Shown: positions 36,273-47,765 of the stretch, piece by piece
Position numbering within the stretch: position 1 is the first letter of the stretch
Layout: each line of letters starts with the position of its first letter
DNA from: Mobula hypostoma
Lineage: Eukaryota
Direction: 5' to 3'
NCBI RefSeq assembly: GCF_963921235.1
Contig: NC_086097.1
Span: 196,790,001 to 196,854,000 of the forward strand
Length of the DNA stretch: 64,000 nucleotides
Translations under genes and position numbers: made by a program
Notes under the pieces: generated by a model
The model's input: the letters and a program-made list of their open reading frames with translations, nothing else
Database searches by the model: none
Told to the model about the DNA's origin: nothing

Positions 36273-37891
36273 TCCTTACTCTTAATAATTTCTCTTTTGG
36301 CTCCTCCCACTTCCTCCAAACTAAAGATGTAGCCATGGGCACCCATATGGGCCCCAGCTATGCCTGCCTTTTTGGCTTTGTAGAACAGTCCATGTTCCAA
36401 GCCTATACTGGTATCTGTCCCCCACTTTTCCTTCGCTGCATCGACGACTGCATTGGTACTGCTTCCTGCACGCATGCTGAGCTCATTGACTTCATTACCT
36501 TTGCCTCCAACTTTCACCCTGCCCTCAAGTTTACCTGGTCCATTTCCGACACCTCCCTCCCCTTTCTTGATTTTCCGGTCTCTATCTCTGGAGACAGCCT
36601 ATCTACTGATGTCTACAATAAGCTACGGACTCTCACAGCTACCCAGACTGTTCCTTTTCCCACCCTGTCTCTTGCAAAAATGCCATCCCCTTCTCACAAT
36701 TCCTCCATTTCTGCCGCATCTGCTCTCAGGATGAGGCTTTTCATTCCAGGACGAAGGAGATGTCTTCCTTTTTTAAAGAAAGGGGCTTCCCTTCCTCCAC
36801 CATCAACTCTACTCTCAAGCACATCTCTCCCATTTCACGTACATCTGCTCGCACCCCATCCTCCCGCCACCCCACTAGGGATAGGGTTCCCCTTGTCCTC
36901 ACCTACCACCCCACCAGCCTCCGGGTCCAACATATAATTCTCCATAACTTCCGCCACCTCCAACGGGATCCCACCACCAAGCACATCTCCCCCCCCCTTC
37001 TGCTTTCCGCAGGGATTGCTCCCTACGCAACTCCCTTGTCCATTCGTCCCCCCCCTTCCTTTCCCATCGATCTCCCTCCCGGCACTTATCCTTGTAAGTG
37101 GAACAAGTGCTACCTCTACCCTTACGGTTCCTCCCTCACCACCATTCAGGGCCCCAGACAGTCCGTCCAGGTGAGGCGACACTTCACCTGTGAGTCGGCT
37201 GGGGTGATATACTGCATCCGGTGCTCCCGATGTGGCCTTCTGTATGTTGGTGAGACCCAATGCAGACTGGAGACCATTTCACTGAACACCTATGCTCTGT
37301 CCCCCAGAGAAAGCAGGATCTCCCAGTGGCCACCTGTTTTAATTTCACGTCCCTTTCCCATTCTGATATGTCAATCCATGGCCGCCTCTACTGTCAAGAT
37401 GAAGTCGCACTCAGTTTGGAGGAACAACACCTTATATTCCGTCTGGGTAGCCTCTAATCTGATGGCATGAACATTGTTTTCTCTAACTTCCGTTAATGCC
37501 TCTCCTCCCCTTCTTACCCCATCCCTTATTTTTGTTTCCCCCCTGTTTTTCCTTCTCTCTCTGTCCCTCTCACAATCACTCCTTGCCTGCTCTCCATCTT
37601 CCTCTGGGCTCCCCTCCCCATTTTTTTCTCCCTCGGCCTCCTGTCCCATGATCCTCCCCCTTCTCCAACTCTGTACCCCTTTTACCAATCAACTTTCCAG
37701 CTTTTAGCTTCTTCCCTCCCCCTCCTGTCTTCTCCTATCATTTCGGATCTCCTCCTCCCCCTCCCACTTTCAAATCTCTTACTACCTCTTCTTTCAGTTA
37801 GTCCTGACGAAGGGTCTCGGCCTGAAACGTCGACTGTACCTCTTCCTAGAGATGCTGCCTGGCCTGCTGCGTTCCACCAGCATTTTGTGTG
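36273..37891 (+). mobile_element. 5'-truncated single-arm PLE, frameshifted
   Basis: 12-bp TSD tgctgctgttga at 36261-36272 and 37892-37903; RT C-terminal half, GIY-YIG and 3' repeat. Confidence 0.93.
37799..37836 (+). ncRNA. Minimal type I hammerhead ribozyme motif in the PLE 3' repeat
   Basis: tagtc-CTGACGA-agg gtctcgg cct-GAAA-C-GTC^gactg: intact core, helix I tagtc/gactg, helix II agg/cct, loopless palindromic helix III (ACGT). Confidence 0.8.
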
Positions 37892-38280
37892 TGCTGCTGT
37901 TGAAGATTTTTTGTAGCTTTCTGCCTTGAGAATGTACTGATTGCTTCTGGAAAATGTTGAGGTGTTATCTAAGTACACCTGATAGAGAGGGCTGTAGGGA
38001 ATGATAGTTTCTTTGAAGGCAGTTGAGTGCTGGTGTACCACCCACAAGAACTGCTTTGCCTGAACCACTGTGTTTCCTGTGGTCAGCACAAACTGATTTA
38101 TCTTCACCTAGGGTTTCATCTCATCCATTCCAATGGACATGGTGTGAATCAGCATGAGGAAATGAGATGTCTTCTACTCTTTCCCCCTTGCTGACACTTG
38201 TGAGTACATATTACTAACTTGCTGTAGAGATATGAAATGAGAGCTAACTTTTTTGCTTGAGCCAATTATTTTTTATTTCC

Positions 38281-38413
38281 AAACAAGAGTAAATCTGCAG
38301 ATGCTAAATCTTAGCAGAAGGACTGCGAAGGGTCTCGACCCGAAAAGACAACTGTACTTTTTTTTTTCCATAGATGCTGCCTGGCCTGTTGAGTTCCTCC
38401 AGCATTTTGTGTG
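38281..38413. mobile_element. Miniature inverted PLE-end insertion
   Basis: Minus tail (acaagag...ctgcagatgct) followed by a plus 3' repeat ending ttttgtgtgt; approximate TSD tattttttattt at 38267-38278 and 38414-38426. Confidence 0.65.
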
Positions 38414-38687
38414 TATTTTTTTATTTTGGTGGTTGTTTTGCTTGCAAGCCTCTACCCTGACTCCAGTGCACCATATATTTTTTTTAAAGTCAATCCATAG
38501 CCTCACTGTTTCTTGTATGTTAAAGATCATTTGGTATTCAGGTTGTGTGAATAAGTCATGCTTAGAAGCCCTTTTAACTGAAATTTGAAACTCTAACACT
38601 GTTAGAAACTCTAAAACTCTAATACTCATCTGGATAAACTTTTGCAGCAACCAATATGCTTTGTTCCTCCTACCAGAAGTTCCATTA

Positions 38688-39430
38688 AGGCTGATTTATA
38701 CTTGTGCGTACTAGCTTACGCTGTAACCTATGCAAGTGGGCTATGCCGTTGTGAGCATTTATACTTGTGCATTGGTGTGGCTGCGTCACTCTACAATTCA
38801 CTGCCAAAACGCTAGTTGGCGGTGGGGTTTCTATGCCACTGTGTTGAGTTTCTTCGTGTTGAAACTCAACACGAAGGAACTCAAACTTCAAACAATGTTG
38901 ACTGAAACTGAAGGAGGGTGAATTTTCTGTGCTTGTCCGGCCACTGAGAGATATGGACGAGGAAATTCATTTCAAATATTTTTGGATGTCGGCAGGTAGA
39001 TTTATCGATTTGGTTCATCGTCTCCAACCATTTATTTCGCATCGGTGTTTGCACAGTATACTCAGAGACTGGCAATCACCATTCGAGTTTTAGCTTCAGG
39101 TGGAAGTCACCAGGCTGCAGCAGGTAGATACAAACTGGCGTCAAGAACAGGGTCCTCCATAATTTCGGAGGTCTGTCAAGCTTTATGGAAAGCATTGCAG
39201 CCAGATTTCCTTCCCTGCCCTTCAGTTGCCCAATGGGAAGCTATTGCAGCGTAGGAGGAAATGCGATGCTACCAAGTGGACCAATCATAGTTGTTGTGGT
39301 CTGAGTTGCCGCGACGCGTAGTTACATTTTTGGGGAGGTGCGCGTCTGGCTACGGCATAAGGTATGGTGTAGGGTACGCAGCTGAGCTGTACCTATGGCA
39401 TCGATTTGACGCACAAGTATAAATTGGCCT
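38688..39430 (+). mobile_element. Non-autonomous PIF/Harbinger derivative
   Basis: TIRs aggctgatttatacttgtgcgt / acgcacaagtataaattggcct; transposase N-terminal remnant [15 protein letters not shown]...[23 protein letters not shown]. Confidence 0.85.
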
Positions 39431-39830
39431 TAATGGTGCAAACCTGTGGTCGGACAGAGGAGTAAGGAAGCTCTTGACAGCTGAAATAGACGGTCAGTAT
39501 TTTTGGTGTGTTGGAGCCTGAGGGCCCTGCTTTCTCTGTTCCTTTTCTGTTCAAATTTTGTTCTTGTTTTTCTTCAGAAATTGTGTATACTTTGTTTAAC
39601 CTGTTTTCGTTGTGAAGGTGGATCTGATGCTCTATGCCTGTGATGCAGCCTTGAGTTAGTTTTTCATTGTGTAGTGGCTTCATCGGCATATAGCATCATA
39701 TAAGCAGTCTTCACAAGAAAAGCATAAATTATGCAACACTTTACAAGAAAGACGACAATTAGAACAAAACAACATACATCAAAGTTGCTGGTGAACGCAG
39801 CAGGCCAGGCAGCATCTATAGGAAGAGGCG

Positions 39831-39868
39831 CAGTCAACGTTTCAGGCCGAGACCCTTCGTCAGGACTA
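39831..39868 (-). ncRNA. Minimal hammerhead motif, mirror copy of 44330-44367
   Basis: Exact reverse complement of the 44330-44367 motif. Confidence 0.7.
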
Positions 39869-40161
39869 ACTGAAGGAAGAGTGAGTAAGGGATTTGAAAG
39901 CTGGAGGGGGAGGGGGAGATGCAAAATGATAGGAGAAGACAGGAGGGGGAGGGATAGAGCCGAGAGCTGGACAGGTGATAGGCAAAAGGGGATACGAGAG
40001 GATCATGGGACAGGAGGTCGGGGAAGAAAGACAAGGGGGGGGGTGACCCAGAGGATGGGCAAGAGGTATATTCAGAGGGACAGAGGGAGAAAAAGGAGAG
40101 TGAGAGAAAGAATGTGTGCATTAAAAAGAGTAACAGATAGGGTACGAGGGGGAGGTGGGGC

Positions 40162-42706
40162 CTAGCGGAAGTTAGAGAAGTCAATGTTCATGCCATCAGG
40201 TTGGAGGCTACCCAGACGGAATATAAGGTGTTGTTCCTCCAACCTGAGTGTGGCTTCATCTTTACAGTAGAGGAGGCCGTGGATAGACAAGTCAGAATGG
40301 GAATGGGATGTGGAATTAAAATGTGTGGCCACTGGGAGATCCTGCTTTCTCTGGCGAACAGAGCGTAGATGTTCAGCAAAGCGGTCTCCCAGTCTGCGTC
40401 GGGTCTCACCAATATATAAAAGGCCACATCGGGAGCACCGGACGCAGTATATCACCCCAGTCGACTCACAGGTGAAGTGATGCCTCACCTGGAAGGACTG
40501 TTTGGGGCCCTGAATGGTGGTAAGGGAGGAAGTGTAAGGGCATGTGTAGCACTTGTTCCGCTTACACGGATAAGTGCCAGGAGGGAGATCAGTGGGGAGG
40601 GATGGGGGGGACGAATGGACAAGGGAGTTGTGTAGGGAGCGATCCCTGCGGAATGCAGAGAGAGGCGGGGAGGGAAAGATATGCTTAGTGGTGGGATCCC
40701 GTTGGAGGTGGCGGAAGTTACGGAGAATAATATGTTGGACCCGGAGGCTGGTGGGGTGGTAGGTGAGGACCAGGGGAACCCTATTCCTAGTGGGGTGGTG
40801 GGAGGATGGAGTGAGAGCAGATGTACGTGAAATGGGGGAGATGCGTTTAAGAGCAGAGTTGATAGTGGAGGAAGGGAAGCCCCTTTCTTTAAAAAATGAA
40901 GACATCTCCCTCGTCCTAGAATGAAAAGCCTCATCCTGAGAGCAGATGCGGCGGAGACGGAGGAATTGCGAGAAGGGGATGGCGTTTTTGCAAGAGACAG
41001 GGTGAGAAGAGGAATAGTCCAGATAGTTGTGAGAGTCAGTAGGCTTATAGTAGACATCAGTGGATAAGCTGTCTCCAGAGACAGAGACAGAAAGATCTAG
41101 AAAGGGGAGGGAGGTGTCAGAAATGGACCAGGTAAACTTGAGGGCAGGGTGAAAGTTGGAGGCAAAGTTAATAAAGTTAACGAGTTCTGCATGCGTGCAG
41201 GAAGCAGCGCCAATGCAGTCGTCGATGTAGCGAAGGAAAAGTGGGGGACAGATACCAGAATAGGCACGGAACATAGATTGTTCCACAAACCCAACAAAAA
41301 GGCAGGCATAGCTAGGACCCATACGGGTGCCCATAGCTACACCTTTAGTTTGGAGGAAATGGGAGGAGCAAAACGAGAAATTATTAAGAGTAAGGACTAA
41401 TTCTGCTAGACGGAGCAGAGTGGTGGTAGAGGGGAACTGATTAGGTCTGGAATCCAAAAAGAAGCGTAGAGCTTTGAGACCTTCCTGATGGGGGATGGAA
41501 GTATATAGGGACTGGACATCCAAGGTGAAAATAAAGCGGTGGGGGCCAGGGAACTTAAAATCATCGAAAAGTTTAAGAGCGTGAGAAGTGTCACGAACAT
41601 AGGTCGGAAGGGATTGAACAAGGGGTGATAAAACAGTGTCGAGGTATGCAGAAACGAGTTCGGTGGGGCAGGAGCAAGCTGAGACAATAGGTCGGCCAGG
41701 ACAGGCAGGTTTGTGGATCTTGGGTAGGAGGTAGAAACGGGAAGTGCGGGGTGTGGGAACTATAAGGTTGGTAGCAGTGGATGGGAGATCCCCTGAGCGG
41801 ATAAAGTCGTTGATAGTGTGGGAGACAATGGCCTGGTGCTCCTTAGTGGGGTCACGATCGAGGGGTAAATAAGAGGAGGTATCCGCGAGTTGTTGCTGTG
41901 CCTCGGCAAGGTAGAAGTCAGTACGCCAGACTACAACAGCACCCCCCTTATCAGCGGGTTTAATAATAATGTTAGGATTAGTGCGGAGGGAGCGGAGAGC
42001 AGAGCGTTCCGAAGGAGTGAGGTTGGAATGGGGACAAGGTGCGGTGAAGTCGAGACGGTTGATGTCCCGTCGGCAGTTGGCAATAAAGAGATCCAGAGCA
42101 GGCAGAAGACCAGAGCGGGGTGTCCATGAAGAAGAGGAGGGTTGAAGACGGGAGAAGGGGTCATCGGTGGGGGTGGAAGAGTCCTTGCCGAAGAAGTAGG
42201 CTCGGAGACGGAGACGGCGGAAGAAAAGTTCCGCATCATGGCGAACACGGAACTCGCTGAGGTGTGGGCGAAGGGGGACAAACGTGAGGCCCTTACTGAG
42301 AACAGAGCGCTCTGCCTCCGACAGTTGAAGGTCGGAGGGGATGGTAAAGACCTGGCACGGATGAGAGCTGGGATCAGAGGGGGGAGGGGGGAGGCTGGGG
42401 GTGTCAGTGGAGAGGGGAGGGTTGGGGTGAGAGGAAGATGGAGCCTCTGAGGGCCCAGGAGCTGACCCTGGGATCTGAGGAAGACGGGGCTGCGGAGTGG
42501 TGGTGGGGGAAGGGGAGACGGGAGTCACAACAGCAGCACATAAAGACCCGGCCTGGAGTTCAAGGCTGGAGTCGCAGTTGGTGGTTGCGCGATCGCTTTG
42601 AATGTCTCCATGGTCGTTGCTGGAGTCCGGGTTTTGAATATGTCCTGAGGTGTTGGAGCCGCCGAGACCAACGGCAGGGGCCGCAACCGAAAGTCCATGC
42701 CTGCTT
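40162..42706 (-). CDS. PLE polyprotein: RT + Cys-rich linker + GIY-YIG endonuclease, 5'-truncated but without stop codons
   Basis: KPADKGG, YLLPKIHK, PGRPIVS, LDVQSLY, GVAMG, RYIDD, PCKRNKCYTC, VIYCVRCSRCGLLYIGETRR...RFAEH. I read the frame as open from the annotated GTG (42528) up to the inversion junction. Confidence 0.93.
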
Positions 42707-44329
42707 CCATCAGGAAGGTCTCAAAGCTCTACGCTTCTTTTTGGATTCCAGACCTAATCAGTTCCCCTCTACCACCACTCTGCTCCGTCTAGCAGAATTA
42801 GTCCTTACTCTTAATAATTTCTCGTTTTGCTCCTCCCATTTCCTCCAAACTAAAGGTGTAGCTATGGGCACCCGTATGGGTCCTAGCTATGCCTGCCTTT
42901 TTGTTGGGTTTGTGGAACAATCTATGTTCCGTGCCTATTCTGGTATCTGTCCCCCACTTTTCCTTCGCTACATCGACGACTGCATTGGCGCTGCTTCCTG
43001 CACGCATGCAGAACTCGTTAACTTTATTAACTTTGCCTCCAACTTTCACCCTGCCCTCAAGTTTACCTGGTCCATTTCTGACACCTCCCTCCCCTTTCTA
43101 GATCTTTCTGTCTCTGTCTCTGGAGACAGCTTATCCACTGATGTCTACTATAAGCCTACTGACTCTCACAACTATCTGGACTATTCCTCTTCTCACCCTG
43201 TCTCTTGCAAAAACGCCATCCCCTTCTCGCAATTCCTCCGTCTCCGCCGCATCTGCTCTCAGGATGAGGCTTTTCATTCTAGGACGAGGGAGATGTCTTC
43301 ATTTTTTAAAGAAAGGGGCTTCCCTTCCTCCACTATCAACTCTGCTCTTAAACGCATCTCCCCCATTTCACGTACATCTGCTCTCACTCCATCCTCCCAC
43401 CACCCCACTAGGAATAGGGTTCCCCTGGTCCTCACCTACCACCCCACCAGCCTCCGGGTCCAACATATTATTCTCCGTAACTTCCGCCACCTCCAACGGG
43501 ATCCCACCACTAAGCATATCTTTCCCTCCCCGCCTCTCTCTGCATTCCGCAGGGATCGCTCCCTACACAACTCCCTTGTCCATTCGTCCCCCCCATCCCT
43601 CCCCACTGATCTCCCTCCTGGCACTTATCCGTGTAAGCGGAACAAGTGCTACACATGCCCTTACACTTCCTCCCTTACCACCATTCAGGGCCCCAAACAG
43701 TCCTTCCAGGTGAGGCATCACTTCACCTGTGAGTCGACTGGGGTGATATACTGCGTCCGGTGCTCCCGATGTGGCCTTTTATATATTGGTGAGACCCGAC
43801 GCAGACTGGGAGACCGCTTTGCTGAACATCTACGCTCTGTTCGCCAGAGAAAGCAGGATCTCCCAGTGGCCACACATTTTAATTCCACATCCCATTCCCA
43901 TTCTGACTTGTCTATCCACGGCCTCCTCTACTGTAAAGATGAAGCCACACTCAGGTTGGAGGAACAACACCTTATATTCCGTCTGGGTAGCCTCCAACCT
44001 GATGGCATGAACATTGACTTCTCTAACTTCCGCTAGGCCCCACCTCCCCCTCGTACCCTATCTGTTACTCTTTTTAATGCACACATTCTTTCTCTCACTC
44101 TCCTTTTTCTCCCTCTGTCCCTCTGAATATACCTCTTGCCCATCCTCTGGGTCACCCCCCCCCTTGTCTTTCTTCCCCGACCTCCTGTCCCATGATCCTC
44201 TCGTATCCCCTTTTGCCTATCACCTGTCCAGCTCTCGGCTCTATCCCTCCCCCTCCTGTCTTCTCCTATCATTTTGCATCTCCCCCTCCCCCTCCAGCTT
44301 TCAAATCCCTTACTCTCTCTTCCTTCAGT

Positions 44330-44367
44330 TAGTCCTGACGAAGGGTCTCGGCCTGAAACGTTGACTG
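44330..44367 (+). ncRNA. Minimal hammerhead motif, GUU triplet variant
   Basis: tagtc CTGACGA agggtctcggcct GAAACGTT gactg. Confidence 0.7.
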
Positions 44368-46319
44368 CGCCTCTTCCTATAGATGCTGCCTGGCCTGCTG
44401 CGTTCACCAGCAACTTTGATGTATGTTGCTTGAATTTCCAGCATCTGCAGAATTCCTGTTGTTTGAATTAGAACAAAACGCCCATTTTATTGCAAAGTGG
44501 TCTTGGTGTTGCTAAACAATAGTGATTAGAGGTTTGGCTTAGGAACTAAATGGTTGAAGGGCAGGAGCTGTTTGTAAATCCAGTGGTGTGGGATTTCTTG
44601 CTTCTGTACCTCATGCCTAATGGTAGCTGTGCAAAGGTGGCATTGGTGATGGGGATCTTTGAGAGATGTTGCCTTCTTGAGGTAATGCCTCCTATTTGAT
44701 ACTATAAGTGGTAGGGAAAGATGTGTTTGTGAGGTATTGCACAGAGTCCTTTGCTCTCTGCAGCTTGCATTTCTGTGCATTTGAATCGTCAGGGTACTTT
44801 CTACAGTATATCTCTGCAAGTTAGAGCATTCAGTGACAAGCTGAACCTCATTCTAAAAAAGTGAAGACATTGGGGAGCTTACCTTATGATTGTATCTCTG
44901 TGCTGAGCCCAGGGCACATTATCTGATTATACTAATACACAGGAATTTAAAGCTGCTGACTCTCTCCACCTCCAGTCCTCCCCCCACCCCCCGAAGTAGA
45001 ACTGGTGCATGAACTGGGACTACCTGAGCTTTGAGATGGTGCAGGGTTAAGTATAGGTCTTGTGCTTTTGTACCATCATAGTGAGCATCAGCAGAAACTC
45101 CTCTGATGTTGTCTTGGATGTCTGGATGACTGTGGTAGGGAACATGCCATTGATAAAGGTAAAGTTGTGTGTAAGCAATGGCTGGATTGAAGAGTTCTGA
45201 AAAAGATGACTCGAGTTGCAAAATGAGCTGTTTGGAGGAATGGTGTGTGGAGTAGACATCAGAGGGTAGATGAGCGGTATTGTCATCATCGATACATTAG
45301 AATAAGTGTGAATGAATTATTTTCTAAGCTGATCAGTACAACACACTTCTGTTGACTTCTTGGTCTTTTTCTAGTTAGATCTTGTGTTGTCCACAGATTT
45401 CTTCCTTCCTTCAGAAGGGGCTAGGATGGTTCTGTGGACCCACTATTGCTCCTGCCAAATGTTCCATTGAGGATTCTATAAATCTTATTTAATCAGTGCA
45501 TCGGTCCATTGATTTTGATGTGCAGCCAAGTCCAGAGTTGTTCAAATGTGATTCTTACAGTGTGCTTTTAAATATTGGAGATGAAATTCAATTATGTGTG
45601 TGTTATTGTGTCAGTATATTAAATCCAGAAATATCGTTGGGATGGCTGAGTTACAGTGCTGTTGATGGTACTGTAGAGAAAATTTCAGAACATTTAGTTT
45701 GTTCCCAGTACTTAGAGAATGAATGGACATATGCATGTAAACCCCAATGAATCCCTTCAAATTAAAAATGTAAGTTCAGTATGTAAAGTGGAACTCCATT
45801 TCCAACAGTTAGTGTGTTAAATGCATCTCAGATCCCTATAAAGGCAGCTTATTTGGTAAGTGAGCTTGTTTATCTTAAATCTGCTCCATCTCTTTGTTTT
45901 ATCAGCCACTATTGTAGTTTATTTGAAGTGGTTTTCTGTCAGTATTGTAATTTTGTTACAAGAAAAATAATCAATTGTATGAAGATTCAAAATGGAAAAG
46001 CTTATTTAAGATTCCATTATGCATTTTTTAACAACATTTTGATGAAGAACAGATCTTGCATGAAATACCTTATGGTTTTACTGTTTGAAAAAAATATCAG
46101 AAAATTCTTTGATTATTTTATTATTTACTAAATATATTATTTTTGAATGTCAATGTGTGTTGAACCATGGCTGTAATTTCAAAATCTGATATATAGCATT
46201 CATTGTTGTGCCTGTCATAAAGTACATATATGAAACATTTTAACACAATGTCTTTGTTTTCTGGAAGTTACACATGAATAGCAGACTTTTTGACTTAAAC
46301 TATATGGTTGTTCTTTTAG

Positions 46320-46421
<102 letters not shown>

Positions 46422-47504
46422 TAGAGGATTTTGTGTTTCTGAAATGCTGTTTTGTTATCACCTCAAGTTTCCAAATAAGAATTCTTAACTTAATTTTTAA
46501 AAAAAATTAACAGAAGTGTCTCTTTATGAATATTGTTATGCAGCCTGAGTGTGCCACATGCTAATTTAAGTGATCAAAAATAGAAAATTTACATTGGTTT
46601 AAATTGTTTTAATTGTTAATTACTGATAACATTTCAAGTTGATTTTTCATCAGAACAGATAATTTGTGTTAACTATCAGAAAAGTAGTGTATACCATCCT
46701 GATAGGGTGAAGACCAAGAGAGAGTGACGCAAGTAATAGTTTTGCTGGCTGGGAGACACTGACAGTGAGACCCTCCGTTGGTCAAGCTGTTACCCAAGTA
46801 GCAGACTCCCCCTCTCCACACAGCTGTTGAATCCAAAGGAACGGCGGAGACCAATACAGTTTGGCATCAGCAGCATCGCTTAGACTCTGAGGGATTGTTA
46901 TTTGAAGCTAACTTGCTTGGCGGAGGTGAAAATGGAGAAAGAATGAGACATGATGCTAGAGCTGTGAGATCTGAAGTAATAGAAGATGGAAATCTTGAGT
47001 GAAAACCGTGAATGTTGAAAATTTTCAAATCAGGAATGAAGAAAAATTTACAGTCTGATGTTCATCAGAATTAGCCAAAACTGGAATGCTTGGGTTTTCT
47101 GAAATTTAAGATCTGAGGAGTATGCTTGCCAAGTACACCTATATATTTTTTAAAAAAAGAGACTTCAACATTGAAAAAGTAAATGGGCAGAATAATTTTA
47201 AATATCAAACCGAAAGAAAAGTCGAGAAGGAAAGATTATTTGGAAATATTCAAAAAAAGGTTGTGCTCTTCAAACAAATTTGCTTCAGAAATTAAAAGGG
47301 AATTGTTCGTTATGAGGGAGAACACGGCAACGTGCAGGCTATTCAACTGAACTTTATTGATAACACTGCTTGAACAGTGTGTGAACTCGTCCCACCTTGC
47401 TATTTAAGGCCAGCCTCCTTCACCACCCTGTCTACTTGTGACTACACATGCAGTGAACATGTACATTTACTCCAAGGTCCCTCTTTTACAATATTTACAA
47501 TTTA

Positions 47505-47765
47505 GGGTAGCGCAGTGCCACAGTGATTAGTGTAATGCTATTTTAGCACCAGTGATCCGGGTTCAATTTAAGCTGCTATCTGTAAGGACTTTGTATGTTC
47601 TCCCCATGATCGCGTGACTTTACTCCAGGTGCTCTGGTTTCCTCCCATATTCCTAAGATGCACAAATTTGTAGGTTAATTGGTCACATGAGTGTAATTGG
47701 ACAGCACAAGCTTGTTGGGCCAAAATAGCCTGCTATTATGCTATATTTCTGAATAAAACAAAAAA
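47505..47765 (+). mobile_element. tRNA-derived V-SINE/HE1-like SINE nested in an old minus-strand CR1 relic (~47380-48230)
   Basis: B-box-like gggttcaatt; V-domain tgtatgttctccccatg...gtgctctggtttcctcccatattcc; CR1-like tail. Confidence 0.8.

Larger units (their letters stand above)
39771..44465. mobile_element. Very young palindromic PLE (Neptune-like) insertion
   Basis: 14-bp TSD aattagaacaaaac at 39757-39770 and 44466-44479; minus arm 39771-~42706, plus arm 42707-44465; inserted into an older Rex-like 3' end similar to 58780-58880. Confidence 0.96.

Noticed and set aside
40162..42528. Prokaryotic RT system (retron, group II intron, defence RT) or telomerase
   Set aside because: RT fused to GIY-YIG with TSDs inside a spliceosomal intron is the Penelope-like layout
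40162..42706. Selenoprotein-type PLE with UGA readthrough
   Set aside because: No in-frame UGA; the ORF ends at TAG
39771..44465. Palindrome as an assembly or fold-back read artefact
   Set aside because: It has a flanking TSD, asymmetric arm ends, a unique spacer, at least one arm mismatch, and independent examples of the same architecture in the window
1..46319. ROCK1 exon 1 or promoter CpG island
   Set aside because: No ROCK1 N-terminal coding sequence found; the CpG-rich patches I could assign belong to transposons
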